This document shows positions 1 to 15,800 of a stretch of DNA of 64,000 nt, in pieces. Origin of the DNA: Antedon mediterranea (Eukaryota > Animalia > Echinodermata); contig NC_092674.1 of assembly GCF_964355755.1 (NCBI RefSeq), positions 5,766,001 to 5,830,000 on the forward strand, read 5' to 3'. The translations under genes were made by a program, and so were the position numbers. How positions within the stretch are numbered: position 1 is the stretch's first letter; every line of letters starts with the position of its first letter. The notes under the pieces are model-generated. The model worked only from the letters and a program-made list of their open reading frames with translations, was not told where the DNA came from and did no database searches.

Positions 1-755
1 CCTTTTTAAACAAATTTGTGTTTATGATACATCCAATTATTGTGGAATTAAAACTGGCATCTTTGTTTACAATTGTGTGTGCATATACACTTATTCATCT
101 TTGTTTACGATACTTTGATCTAATATAAACATACAAGTAATTCAGAATGCACATTTCAACCAATTACAATAAGAGATAGAGCGTTCGGCTAAGAGATGAC
201 GATTATCATGATTGTAGCGGATTATAACTTAGCCAATCCATCATAGCTATTGCAGGCTTTTCAATCTTCATAACTCTAATACTACCCGTAATCTTATTAT
301 GCTCACGATCAAAAACGGGTCATATCTTGGATGAGATTTTCTTTTTACCCATCTACTTAACGAGAAAAATCGATTGGCAATTACACAACTTATCGTGGGT
401 ATGAACATTTAACGTAAGAATATCCTTTTTATTTTATGCGTGATATAGATTTTATTATTAATTGACTGAATGGTAATTTAGTTTAGTCACTTAATATTGA
501 GTGGAAAGCATTGATGCATGAAGAATTGACCGCTAAGGGAATTGCGCGTTAATATCATTACTATTTCATAATTATTTTTGTCATTATTAGTTTATTTTAA
601 AATATATCAATTTACATCTATATTTGATGATGTAAGTTATAGATTCTTGCGCATTAATATTATTCTTACTTAAGTATTAATGTAAAACTAACATAAATTT
701 TAAAATATTTAAATTGTTTAATCCATATAAAATGATTTTCAATTTTACAGGTATC

Positions 756-896
756 ATGTCGACAAGCGAACCAAATATTATTAGTAGTCATCGACCGTCT
801 GGAAAAGACAAGATGTCACTTGAGCGTAATCCAAGACCGCCCCCACCAGACCTTACGCCTGACCAACTTCTGATGGCTGTTGACAACTACTTAAAA
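756..896 (+). CDS. TENM: Teneurin exon 1 (putative start; Pro-rich intracellular segment)
   Basis: Acceptor ttttacag at 750, ATG at 756, MSTSEP...PRPPPPDL...NYLK|gtaatt; phase 0 matches the next exon. A further upstream exon is possible. Confidence 0.6.
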
Positions 897-3800
897 GTAA
901 TTATAATAATTTTTTTTTAAATGCATTCCTCCATTAAAAAAATACTTACTTCAGGGACAAATTGAAGGAGATCTATGTGAGGAAGCATTTTTGTCATAAA
1001 ATATTTAAATATATACTAACATAAACAGAATTTTACTTTTTTGGGGTATACAAAAGTAAAACTTAAAATTTCAAAGTCAGGATAAGTTAATATTTTGATC
1101 AGACTATGTAAGATTTGCGCAGGGTTTTTTGTGCTTTCATTTTTAGTTTAGCATTTACCCTAAAATACGTTTAACATTGGTATGGGAGTGCCATGTTTGA
1201 GATATCTTTGGAATTCATGGACATTAACATTAATGTGTTTTCGCCGGTAAAATGCATTGCAGATTTTTACAAGACAGAATTAGATATGTCTGCAATGTTA
1301 ATGACATTAAAGTAATTACTGTATTTAAAACATTGATAATATCTGACAGCTAGTAGTGGTAGAGAATAATAATAGCTACAGTATATAGAACGCAACTCTT
1401 AACAAAAAAAATTCTCTTTCAATATAAAGGTGATAAAATACAAGTTCTCTAAAACCAAATTAAACTAAAATTAAACCATGAAATATTTTTGCATTCAGAC
1501 ATTTTTACCGCAATCATTTCAACTACCACAGTAAATGTTTGACTTACTGATTAATACTGCAATTACATAATAATTACAATTCTGGCATTAAACATTGACA
1601 ATAATTGCAGTTACTGCAGTAGGAACATTTTGACATGATCCCTTACCTCAACGTAAAATTTATTACATCGGATATTCTTATGAGAACGAATTTGATCTGC
1701 GTCTGTGTTGTGTATTCATTATCAGCATTAAAAGTCAGTAGATAGTTTGAATGTCATTATCGTTGCCAATCACCCTATTCAACATCATGCATGCACGCAG
1801 TGTTTCAATAGCTTAGAAAGACATCAACATGAATATGGATTTTTCGCTTGTAAAGCCTTCTCGTTGTCGTTAGTTTTGAATTTAAACGAATGGGGTGGTA
1901 CCGTTTGATGTCGGAGCAAGCACCCATGTGGGACACGAGCTAGGATTTATCAGAAACTTGATTCAATCAGGTTTTACTGATGACCCAGATAGTAAGGTAA
2001 TTGATCTATTTTACCCATTTTTATGCTGATCTTATATATTAGACTTGAAATATCTAGTTTCTGTTGACATATTGTAACATTACATTAATGAAAAATATTC
2101 ATACTAAGATGTTTTTAAATAAACGTCATCTCTTTAGCCAAACTAGCGTTAACTGTACATGTATACAGCAATCTGTATTAAATTAAATTAAAGAACAACA
2201 AGAAAATTAATTCAGCAACATGATTAATTTATTAATTAATTTTTGAATTAGAAGGGGTTCATTTATTATTTAAATGTCCACTCATGAAAGGATTATGGTC
2301 CAATATTCTTTAGCTTTCTGATTAAGGAGTTTGGAATGTTGGGTGTGGTCAAAAAAGTTTCTGTGTCCTTGTGTTTAAAAAAGTACTTATAGTAGTATAG
2401 TATTGGATTTTAATTGGTAATGTTTTTAATTGATTTTTAATTAATGAAAATATTTTTTAAGGATAGAGGATTAAAATTTTTTACTAAAGTAGAACCCCTC
2501 ATTTGGGACAACTCTATTTAGGTGAACATCCCTATTAAGGGGAAATTTTTCTGTATTTAAAAACGAAAAAGGGGAATTATATATTTACTGTAGCACTACA
2601 GCCAACTTATATCCAGGGGACACCCCTATTATGGGACATTTTGCTGGGCTTTTTGAAGTGTCTCTTTAACCGGTGTTCTACTTTATTATTTTTAGTCGCG
2701 TGGAAGCGACTCTATAGTTCACTATGTCGGTCGGTCTGTAGGTCTGTCTGTCGGTCCGGTATCACTATGCGTTTTATCGCTTTCTGACCTTATCTTGATA
2801 TCAGTTTAATCTAGCTAAGTCAATTTTTCACAGTATATTCCTTATGGCCAGGAATCGATGTGGTTATGTTTTCACGGTGCGCAATAAAAAACTACGCGGT
2901 CTACGCACGATTTAACGAAATCACGTTTGTAATCATATATTCACAACCATGAATCACAATTAAATAAAATTTGGTACTCATAAATTTCAGGGCATAAATC
3001 ATCATATGGCAATACAATTACGGGCGTAGCGCATGTAACGCATGCGTACGCGCGCTTAAATTTTTCAAAATTTATTTTCGATAAAATAAGAGTACGTTTC
3101 AGGCAATTTTAAGCCTTTACAAAATTGCCATGAGTGCGCAGATTTTTGCGCGCGCACTGCACGTTAAATGTTATTGCGCACTCTTTTTGCCCGATTTTTG
3201 TTTCTTGACTTACTTTTCAACTCGAAATTACGTTATACGAGCACGTCAAAAGTGACAGGCTACGCACGTGTAAATTAAAAAAATATAACTGTTTTTAAAC
3301 ATTTCAACATTTTTAAACATGTTCAGTAATTTCGGTCAGTTGGTAGGTTGGTCGGTAAACACTAAGCACGCGACTGCAGCCATCTATATGGCCTTGTTCT
3401 TATTGACACAGTGTACAAAGACATGGAACAATTTTTCAGTAAAGTAAAACAATTGATTATAATTCCCAGCGCTTCCAAGATTGTTTCACTTAAAACTAAC
3501 ACAATTTTATCAGCAACTTAAAATGTTAATAAATTTTCTACATTACTAAAAAGCGCCGTGTGCAACGTTATAATTTTCCGTCTCATAAAATCGGTAATAT
3601 TTCACACAGGTTGGTCATCAACCCCTAGCAATTTGATGAATTGGGTACATTTTCGTATACATTAATCAGTATCTAAATATCATACAGTATGCATAATGAA
3701 GTCAAAACCAATAGAAACTCAGAACATGACCTTGGGATTAGCATATTTCCCCTGTTTGTTTTTTCCCATGTATATGATGAGAGATTGACAAGGAATAATA

Positions 3801-6800
3801 ACCTTTTTTTTTTAAATAGAACATTTTAGGAATTTTTCTAGGTTAATGTGACTAATGTAATAGACTTGGAATTCAAATGGAAAGAACATGAAAACAAGTA
3901 TTTTTATTGTAAATTAGAATTATGAAGGAAGAAATTTGATATACCCAAATATAGTAGCGATACGACATGAACATGTATATATATTATTATATAGGCACAT
4001 CACATTTTTTTTCACATAAAGTTTGATAGTGTAAACAGAGCTTTAAGGTTTGTGCAGTTCAGAAATATCCCTCCCTACTCTTTTTTTTATTGATCATTCC
4101 GAGATCTACTAATTTATTTAAGTAATATATTTTTTACCTTGACCACTTCACTATTTATTACGAATGTAGCTTATGTGCCAGTGGGGTAGGTGCCACAGGG
4201 AGACAGAGGAAACCAGTTATTTTTTGCTGTCCATCTAAATTAAAGATCTAAGATGGTTGTTCTTACAGACAAATGTTGAAATCATACAAAGATTTATAGC
4301 ATACTATGCTGACCTCGCCTCACTGACCACAAAAAGGTCGGTCTTAGAGATTATCAAATTAATTAAATTAAAAGATTTCTACAGTATACTGGTAGCGCCT
4401 CCATAAAAGTTAAATAAAACCCCTTAAAGGCATGTTGTGTGCTTGGAATTATTTAAAAAAAATTTCTTTAGCTTCAAATTAAATTTTATAAATGTCATAA
4501 CTGTAGGAAAAGTGTTTATAGGAAATCTTAATAGGAATTTTTTTCTGTAATTTGAGATTTTGTTGTTTAAAATTGCTAATATTTTCAATCTTCTTAATGT
4601 GTAATATATTTGCAAATTGCATAATTGCAACAAAAACGTTGATAAGTTTCCATGATAAAATTCTTCACATTTTCAATCTTCTAAATGCAATGAAAATTTA
4701 CAATAAGTGTAAAAAATTGTTTTCTAGATGAAGTATTTTCTTGTATGTAAATCTCCTCACACAGCATAATTCAATTGCTCTATCTACACTATCAAACTAG
4801 TTTGATAAAAAAGTGTGATGTGCCTAAATATGGTAGTGATATTCGCAAATATATATATGACATCATCATCATGTCCATGTTTGGGCACATCACATTTTTT
4901 TTGTCACATAAAGTTTGATAGTGTAGACAGAGCTTTAGCAATATTTAAAACCTCACACGAGTGTGGAGGAGTTGAATAGAGTTGGATGATCACTGCAGCC
5001 ATAAGGCGGGTTATATGGTGTGCCATACGGCGTGTCATACCAACAGTCAAAGCATCAAAACATATGAATGGGACCTTATTGCCATATTATTTTTTACAAC
5101 AATAATTATTTTTTTCTAATATTAAAATTAATACCAGATGTGAAATAATAATTAATGTTTCGTTTATCAAAGTTGATGCATCTGTGAGACTGTTGTTCAG
5201 CGAAAATTTTTAATAAATCAATGTAACAAATTTGTAGATGTAGCAATATTAAAGCAAAGTAAGTTTCACACGTGCAGTTGTCATCATGAAAATATATTAC
5301 TAAAGTTGAGGTATGTACAAAATGGCCTTGAGAAACTTGTGTGTAAAATCACATTTAGTGTAAATAATAACAAAACTATAAAGAATCAAATTCTAATTTA
5401 GCTTGATGTCATTCCTATCATAAAAAAAAATGTTACAATTGCTCGTACTGAAATATAATTACTTAAACATTAAAACATCTTGAATTATAATTTCTTTAAT
5501 GGCCAGCATGTCTTGGTAACATTATTATGTTAAATTAATTACGTTTAAAAACAACTTACATTGCAATTGTAATTTAAAATACTTGCTGGATGAGCTAACA
5601 GGTATCAAACTGTGAAAAGCGAATGGAAGAAGAAGGGAGAGATTTTATACGACAGTTATTTGTAAAAAGATATATGAATATTATGATTTCTGCATCATTA
5701 CTACATACTGTATGTTCATAAACATAAGCTTATCAAAGACATTTTCAAAAGTTACTACTGTACACAAACATTGTTTTATGAACCTATTAACTTCATAATT
5801 TATGAATGAATTGGCTTTTTGTTTTATAACATTTTCAAAAGTTATTCAGACAAACTACAAGGTTCTCAAACACAGTTCTTTCACTGTACAATTTCACATA
5901 GTTGGACATTCCTTTACCATCTGTTAATATGTGAAGAAAGATTGGCAAAACTGGTGAGAGTAGGCCTTGACTCTAGCCTAAAAGACTTTTATTAGTATCT
6001 TTTCAACACTTGCTACTGATGGAATAATAAGTTCATTAGAGGAGGTTAAAAAGGTCCTTGGGGTCTAGAATATGTTTGTGAGAATGATGATGTGGTCATA
6101 AAATATGTGCTTTTTGTTTAATTAATCAATTATTAAGGCCATTAATATTTCCACATTTTGAACAGGATTTCAACATTTTTTAGGAAAGTAAGAAGAGTTT
6201 GGTTAAGCTTTGTTTTTTACATCACTCATCAGTACTTAGTAATTTTGTAGAAAAGCTAGAGAGACAAGCAAGAACAGCTTAGTTATAAAAAAAAGAAATC
6301 CAGAACAATTTAGATACCAGTATAAACTACTCGCTCTTTGTTTAGTAATCCCTCATAGTGATCATTAACATTTCAGTGTGTTTTTTTGTTTCTTTACACA
6401 TAGAAACTTTCATTCATTCATTCATTCATTCTTTATTTAGCCTTTAAAATCGAAATACATTTAAAACAAGGTAACAAAAACATCTTTACAACTATAAATA
6501 AATGGACCTCTCTCTTATAGAAATTTATTACTTATTCCTAAAAGTTGCAAATACAATACTGTTACTTGTTATACTTAATAGACAACATTTTGAACAGTTT
6601 GTGGATGGAACACAAAATAAGTTCATAATTCATAAAACAACTGTTCTCCCTTCTCTTTGTTATAATGGTTTCTTTGCAGTGTGTTTTTTCTTTATTAGTA
6701 GTTAGGTCAAAGTGTAACAGAGCAGTACAAAGTTGACTACATATCAATTCTTTCTACAAATCAAAAGTGAACCATGATTCTACCAATAAGCAGTTATGTG

Positions 6801-9800
6801 CATAAATTGATAATGCAAATAATTATATATGACATGGTTTTAAGTTTACATTATTGAATAATATTTCTTAGTTTTGAATTATGTTTTATTGCAATTTTGT
6901 TATGATATTGTCAACAATTCACAGTAGGAAAGAGTTCCAAGACAATATTATAGAACATGGTTAAACAATAGACCTACAGTACATCTTGTAATTTATATGA
7001 AAACATGGTATAATCATGATCCTTTCTTTTAAAAAGTCTTAGAACAAATGTTAATGAAGAAAATACATTTAAAGAGATGCAACAATTGCAACTGAATAAA
7101 TAACTTGGTTGATCCCGCAACAAAGATTGCAATCATTCATCAAATACATGTTGTCAAAGTAACATCACAGTTTCTGCTTCTAATTAATTTGTCTATCAAC
7201 AAATTTTAATTAATCAATTATCATCCAGGTGTTTTGACAGAACTAAGACAAAGGTTATCATAGAATAAAGAACTGTCCACCAATTGTTTTAACAGTATAT
7301 CATTGTTGAAAGATAAACACTATATAAATTGGTATATCTGCTAATTAACATCTCCACAAATAAAACACTAGGGACAGAAGTGTTCAGGATACTGTCAACA
7401 GTGGATTTAAATCACCAATTATAAGATGACTAGTTGTTGAATGCATTGGTAGTGTCACCATCAGAACAAGTTTGACACAGACCTAGTATTAGTGTTAACT
7501 ACTGTACTGCAGTTAATGTTGCTTGAATACCAAGACAAAACCTGTTTTTGAACCAAAAATTTGACTACATAAATGTTTGTCCTCCTTGTCAACTAATCCC
7601 CTCTCTAACCTACAGTACACCAATTTGGTTACAGTATAATATATTATAAATTAATTTATGAATTTTCAGTACTGTATATTACTAGGTAGATTGGAGTTTC
7701 TCCATTTCTGTCAAATTTATAATGATATTTTAATAAATGATATATACTAAAACATGGTTAAATATCACCAAAATATCACTAAACTGTCCACCTTGGTTCA
7801 AATTAATGTCCAGTTTGGTTCAAATTAATATAATGTAATATTCCCTTGAAGGTTATCTTATAGTATCTAAGGACACATATTAAAGATTAATAATCAAATT
7901 ATTGTCATGAATACATTGATCTATTTCATGTAATTTTGTAAGCTGCAATCAAATTCTATTGTCGAAAAAACCCCCAAGGGTTGGGGCTAATCTTCCTGCA
8001 GTCTGCAGTGAGTCATAGTAAATATAAATCCTATCTCAATCTTATTTCACATTCAAAAATGCTACACTGTTATGCAAATTTCAATGAGATAATAACTACA
8101 TATTTATTTACTTTATGCCTGTTTATACAGCTTGGAATATGAATTATGTTTTATTATTTAATAAAATGTTCTTGTTTATTTAGAAACAAGTTAGGCATCA
8201 TTCAAATAGGGAGGACCAATCAGAGAGCGGAAGGAGTAGCGGATCTAGCCTAACGCTAACAGAAACAGAAATGGAAGATGGGTTTTCAGGAGGTATGTTT
8301 TATTCATAATGTGTTAACTTTACATATTTATGTCCATAGAACAATGAGACTTTACAATAAATAGCAGGGAATAGCCGATTATTAATTTTTTAAATCAAGG
8401 ATTACTTTTGGGCGTACAAAGCGGAAAAATCTAGCAAAGTATTAAAAAATAATCAATTGCCGGAAAAATACTTTAATAAGTACCAATAATGATCGGTAGT
8501 TCATTTTGAAAACATAAAAACAGATGCTAGGAAAAAGAAACACAAAATCAGCCAAGATTAAAGAGAACCTCCTGATCGGAAATCAAATGTTTTTCATTAA
8601 ATACAAAGACATCCAATGATTTAAAATTTTTTTTTTTCATCTTTGTTTATAACCTTTTTCTGTGCATAAAGTTTGTTTTTAATTGAGGTGATTATTCAAC
8701 ATCTGTGTATAGATAAATCTATGGCCAAAAAAAGTGAGGAATTTTCTATAACATGAAATTGTGCGTTTTTCTTTCAAAGACAGTTATACCATAAATAATG
8801 CGAAATTCTAATCTCAATGAAATGTTGAATTTAATGTTTTTCTTCACTTAAAATATTTACAAATTATTTATACACCACAAATATTATGCACATGAAAGCT
8901 TTTGAGAATTTCCAAATGGTTGTATTTAAATAATTAATCGTAAAGTAACAGAACAAAGAATGTCTTTGTCTACAAGCAATAACATTTTTAATGTTTTTGA
9001 ACTTGTTTGAAAGTTATATATTTCACTATAAAATTTTATTTTATAAGTGAACATTAAATAAAGTACATAGACTTTTATAAAATAACTAGAGCTCTATTCA
9101 GCATTGTTAAAAGCTATTATTTATATGTTACTAAATACAATTGAACATAGGAAGGTGATTAGACTTATTCTTACTTACTTTATTAGTTACTGCAGTAATA
9201 GTAGATTTCTGCAGTAACTTCTAGGAGGAATTGGTAAAATAGAACATACGGTACTGTTGATTTTGATAGATCATTAGAAAATGTTCTGTGTTAGTTACTG
9301 CAGTAATAATAGTTTGCTGCAGTAACTTCTAGGAAGAATTGTTAAAATAGAATACTGTTAATAGATCATTCGGCATTCATCATGTTATTAAATACAGTTG
9401 AACATAGGAAGGATATTAGACTTATTCTTTACTTTATTAGTTACTGCAGTAATAGTAGATTTCTGCAGTAACTTCTAGGAGGAATTGGTAAAATAGAACA
9501 TACGGTACTGTTGATTTTGATAGATCATTAGAAAATGTTCTGTGTTAGTTACTGCAGTAATAATAGTTTGTACAGTAACTTCTAGGAAGAATTGTTAAAA
9601 TAGAATACTGTTGATAGATCATTCATCATGTTCTCTGTTAATTACTGCAGTAATATATAGCTTATAAATAATAAAAATACAAATTTGCTGCAGTAACTCC
9701 TATCTATACTCCTATAACACTTCTGCTCAGCGATTCTTTGTAATAATTAACATTCCTTCATGGACATTCTGATCCGCTTAAAACTTTTAGAACGGCATTT

Positions 9801-12800
9801 ACGCCGAGGCTGTCTACGTGAAAATATTCAATAAGCGACCATTAAGACATAAATATAAATATTTCAAATTCTTATCGTAATTTATAATAATTTAGTTTTA
9901 TTATTAATATTGTAATCATTTTACGGCAGATCAAAAAATAAAACCTAATATCTTTGTAGTTTGTTGCCGTAAAATAATTGGTACTACATTACATTAATGT
10001 TTTTGATGTAAAATTTATTATTTGATTTTTTTTCAATGTATATTAAAACTTTAATGTCATTCCATTTTGTTATTTATTACTAATAAGAAATATTGCTAGC
10101 TATTTATATTTTTTGACAAGCATAAAATGTTTTTTTTTAATACCTGGTATATTCTAGTATTTCGCTATTATACTATTTGAATATAGAATGATTTCAAAAC
10201 ATTAATTTCATATTTCACAATTTGCAGTATCAAATGGGTACACTACAGTACTCCGTAGGCAAAAGTAATTTTCCTAAGTGCAATTTCTGTATTTTTTTGG
10301 TGGACAATCTAATACACATGCTAAATGATAAATGTTTTGTTTGTTTTACTTCGATATACTACAGGTGTGCCCTCAACTATGAATTCCAGGCATTCGTTAG
10401 GACGTCAACACATGATGCGCCCTAACATCATAGCCGACAGGTCCGCGTCAAGTCTTATATCAAGTGGGAGGTCGGCACCAGGAACGCTGTCAAATGTTAG
10501 GTCAAGTCACAGTACGATTTCTAGTACGGAGGCAGCACATGCAGAAGAAAATATGTTTCAAATGAAACAAATGTCGAATACGATGCCACAAAATAACTTT
10601 ATTCAAAATCAAGGTGGGATATTATATAGACTTGATTCACAAACAACCACTATAGTAACATCTCATTCAAAGGATCACTTTAGGTCAATGCTTTATAGCG
10701 ACATTGTTTCAACAATGAAACAATTCTGGTACTGTAGCAGATACTACAGTAATACCAGTGCGAATATCAAAGAGTAACCTTCAGGGGCAAAACCAAAATT
10801 TGTTTAACATCGAGAGCTAACATTTAATACTGATAGTCGGTCAACATTAAATATCAAAAAGTAGTAAATAAGTAGTAGTAATTTCAGGTAAAAAGTAAGA
10901 GAGAATATTTCTAGTGCTCTCTTGGATCCGCCCCTGACCTTTGCATTTGAATGGCTTATTTTGAAACAATGAGTGTAGCAATATGGTACACCATCATTTT
11001 CTTCAATGTAAAATAGTAATTCTTCACCATTGAAAATGTTTGTCTATTAGCATTGAATGAAGTCTTGTATCATAATAATATTAATGATAATTATTATGAA
11101 TATGATTATGTATAGCCAGTATAATAACATAATACTGATAAGATAATGAATTATTGAAGTAGTGCGCAGAGTTGTCTTTCCATGATTACGTTTGACAGAA
11201 GATGCTTTTAGTGGTATTATATAAGCTTCAATCATTTCTTTCAAAATCTCTCACGAGGATTTCTCCCTTTATAGAAATTTCAAGGTCGTAATTTCATTTA
11301 TTTCTTTGAAGATGTTGTTATTAATATGTTAATGTTTAGTGAAATCTCTAGTCACATTATTTTAATATTGATCAATTCAATTCACACGTTTTCAATCTAA
11401 TAACTTTGCGTGCAAACTGACTTGAATTTTTCTCGCATTATTCTCATCTGTTATTCTTGGTGTTGAAGTGTTCTTTCTTTCGTTTGCAGCACTTCCTAGT
11501 ATACCCGTCGACGGAAAACAAAATTTTCATCCAAGACAAGATGTAATGAACTTGAATTATCCGCAGCCAGGGCCGAACCCAATGTTCAACAGTAACAACT
11601 CCCTTAGCAACTCAAGACAGACAAGGTACGTCTTTTTATATTTAGTAACAGAGCTAACATTTAAGATTAACAGCATAGGCAAAGCTAAAAATTGTGCAAT
11701 TACTGTACAAATCCAGGCCTAAATCATTAACCCTTTCAATAGTATCAAGTCAAATTTAATAGCTAAAGTTAGTAATAGTAAGCCTAGGCCCCTCTCCTAT
11801 TTTGTAGCTGGTATCATTTGAAGCCCAAGCACCAGTATCCAGATCAAACCCAAGTTTAGCTGCATCAACTTCCTCTGTAATTTTAGCTATACACTCATAA
11901 GTCTACAATATTAAGCCTAGCTCAAATATCGCAATTATTTTTCGTAAGAATCTTCTCAAAGATAATCCACAAACGCTAATGACTGTAATGATACGTTTGT
12001 CTTGCCGCTTGTTGTTTGGTAATGGTCATAGAATTCTCATTCATAGTTTAAGTTTGGCGTATATTCTACTGTTAAGTTCTGTTAAATGTTCGTAGTTAAT
12101 GGCTCAATTTCTACAAGGCATTTTTAAATATCAAGTTGTCTGAATGCGCTAGGAATAAAATCTGAAAATAAAGTGACGATTTTGTAAGAACCGGTAATCG
12201 GAATGACAATTGTGTTTGAAATCGAATCCTTTGGTTTATGAGATAGTTGTATAGTATTTCAATCTCTAATTTCCAATCTCTGTAAAACAAGAATTTATGA
12301 ATGATGATGCAACATGAAAAACATAATCACGTCATGTTATATAATTGTTTAATGCAGACCAAGGTTGGTTTAAAGTATAAAGTTTACATTTTTTGTAAAA
12401 TGAAATACAAAATTTAGCAAAGAAAATGTTAATTTATAACATTTTAAATTTCTAAAAATGTTCAACCTTTAGATTTGGTATTAGAAAACATGGAAGTGTC
12501 TATTTAATAAAGATGGACACTATTTTCCATAAACACTTCCAAAACATATGACTTCTACTTAGACAAAGAATGTAACTGATTTATTTGAAACGCAGCATAA
12601 ATGCACACTAATTTAACCTGTATAGAAAAATATGTTTTTATATACAGTAATATCTTTCCTGCATATCTAGCAAGGCACCTTTAGGCAACTGTTGCAGATT
12701 GTGGAATGACGTTACCGGGTCTTCAAAAGGGTCAGAACGCTCTTTTGTTTAGCCTAGGAAAAAATCAATACATTTTTTTCATACACATAAAATGTCAACT

Positions 12801-15800
12801 AGTGCCGGTAGTGCAATTCCATCTACTGGCCTCATTTTGTATTAGAAAGGAATATTCAGCTTCTTTATATTTACTGAATGTGTAGGATTAAGAGGGAGTG
12901 TGTAAGGTGAATTGAACAGCCACTGTCTTTGTCAAATGTGTATGTGAATTAAAGTTTTTCAATAAAACAGGTGTCACACATTTTATGCAAATCCTCATGT
13001 AATTTATTTATCTTGACAAAATGTTTTGTTAAGTCAGGTTTTTTGTTAAATTAACGATTGTTAGAATAGAGGTGTGTCACATAGAATAATGAATTTTTTG
13101 TGTTAGTTGCATGGAGAATACTTTTAAGATTTACATTTTCATTTTTTTTAAATAAAGGCAGTTCCATCCATTCAACTCACTAAATATTCTCCCTATTTAA
13201 CTCATGAAATATTCTTGTCTGAGCAATAATATTTCTTATTAATAATGATTATTAATTTTATACCACACTTACTACAATAGGTACATCCTTTATAGCATAA
13301 TAAATAATTCAACAAAATTATCTACATTGTTATTATTTCCGTACCATAGATATCACTATTAATAACACTAGCAATATAGTAATAACATGGCAAATAGTTT
13401 AAATATAGATTATTGATTATTTTCTTAGCACGATAAAATGTATATATAATTACAATATCCGTGGAAATACGTTGTGCAATATAATGAGAAACAAATTATC
13501 TATTGCATCGCGTACTGCGTTTCATACTTAACACCTTTTATGTCACAGGAGCGATGATTAATGTTATCATCGGAAGCTGTATTTTGCGTGACGATTTTCA
13601 AGGAAAGTTTACATATGAACGAATTTGTTATTTTAATTTTTATATTGTTTTACAGTCCAGTTAAGATTTTTAACTTGTTTATTTTTTATCAAAAATTTTG
13701 TTATTTTAATTATTATGTTATCAATATTGATCAATAAAATCATATAGTTTGCATGCAATCATAGTCTATAATCATCAATATCAAATTACTTTGTTAAAAT
13801 AAAATTGAGAGAAGAACTAAAATCTCCTGGAAATTTCTATAAAATAATGTTCATATTGTTCCATTCACAGTATTTCAAGACACATGTACGAGTTCCCACC
13901 AAATACTCCGACGGCAGCCGTCCCCCTTCCCCATTTTACTCCAGTTCGCAATGACAACAGACCAAAGAACACAAAATTTGCACATCCTAAGTACAGAAGA
14001 ATAAAAAGCAAGTACTCATGCTGGGACCACTGCTCATGGAAGTGTATGGCTCTTGTGTTACTTATTATGGTGTGTGCGCTTATAACAGCTCTTATTTGTT
14101 TAACAGGTAAAGTTAACTACAATTTATTTTCTATCATGATTACATCACAGCTGTTGAAATTACCGAAAACGGTGCTTCTGTAGCCTAAAAATGTGTACAC
14201 AGAAATGTCATTTTTACTACATTAGTTACACCTAGATATCTCTTATATCTGAAACGTCATCTAAATTTATATTCTTTTATCATACATTGATGTATACGTT
14301 TTGCTTAATAACAGGTTTTATTTTTTCATGAGTAATTTTCAAAAACGAAGAAATACAAAAAAACACATCATGCTATCCTTAAAATGCACATTCATGTTTT
14401 TATAGAATCCTATCATTAATGGTTGTATCTACATGACTGTCATGGCAGATTGCTAAGTATTGAAAAAATACATCACTACCAAATTTGACATTTAAAATCG
14501 TAGTAAGCACTACATTCTGAAATATTAAACAGAATTCCCGAAAGATTTCGGCTTAGAATAAATAAACAAAAATATTTTCAAAAATCAAGATTTCTATTTC
14601 TCTGTGACATTCATGAAAGTGTGAAAATCAAATAAATTAAATAATTTATATTTTGATGGATTTAGTTATAATTAATTAAATATACAGTACTGTATTTATG
14701 CTACTTTCTGCATAGTGTTGGCTATTCTCATGTGGTATCTCATCTCTTATATGTAGGGCACTTAGCCTATGTTGTAGATGGCAGTTCAATTTAATATTGT
14801 TAAAAAGAGAAATATACATGGCTTTTAAATTGAAATGCCGACTGGATTAACAACATAGGGACTTAGCAAGTCTAGTAGGGCATCCACCAAAACCATTTTA
14901 TGCTGTTATATACAGTATTACATCTCATGTTAGGCAAGACTGTAGCCAAGGCAGGTTTGAGGAGAAACCCCATTTTTGGTTAAGTGCATTTTCAAACTAG
15001 AGACAGGCAACATATGTGATAGTAAATCGGCCTCACAACAATCGTTGCCACTTGTATGTGAAAAAAAACTCACCTGTTAAATTCTTTACTAAGTTGGATT
15101 CCTATTCTAAATGTGAAATTCAAACACCTGATTTGTCAATACCAAATTACCATTATAAACAAACTACAATTCGATTCTAATCACAAATTCTCAGAGCTTT
15201 TTCATAATATGAACACAGGCATTCTAAGAAAGGTCCAGAACCTCTATTAGCACCAATACTATAACATGAGAACTCATGTTATTCTCATTGCTATACCAAC
15301 ACACTATCCCGATGGTACTATTAACACAGAAGGTTTATACATTAGATTTCAGGCTAACCATTACTACGATCATTTTCAACTCATTTGCATTACATCACGT
15401 AGATTGGAGAAAAATTACATAATGTTAATCAAAGACTACCAATTATGTGAAAATATATCAAATATGCGTCAAAGAATAATTTTAAAATGGATTTATCTAA
15501 AAGAAGAATCACCAGATTAATCATTTCAGTTTGTTTAAAATTTCATTTTGTTCTGCCTAAGGAAAAAATGTTTTATGTGTTTTACCTAATTTGTGCATAT
15601 TTTTTTTTTTTGGTTCTTTACAGCGGTGAAACTCTTTCAACAGGAGACTCATCCTGTTATATCAGTAGGAACAAAAACAGAGAATCCCGGCTATTTCACC
15701 CCAGAAGAAGGCCCAACAAAATTACCTGGTGAGAACTAAAATAAAAATAGTTAAAAGTTCAATAATAGTTTAAAGTTTGATATGAGATAAGTGTTAATAA

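Noticed and set aside
1886-1996. Exon-like GC-richer stretch ending in a good donor (AAG|gtaatt)
   Set aside because: No in-frame ATG or frame-preserving acceptor found; it might be a non-coding alternative first exon but cannot be supported.
6405-6800. (CATT)n next to TTTATT, possible 3' end of a minus-strand LINE
   Set aside because: No recognisable RT or C-terminal motif in the adjacent frames.
15266-15520. 84-aa intronic ORF and other short ORFs antisense to exons
   Set aside because: No recognisable domain or splice support; antisense ORFs are shadows of real exons.
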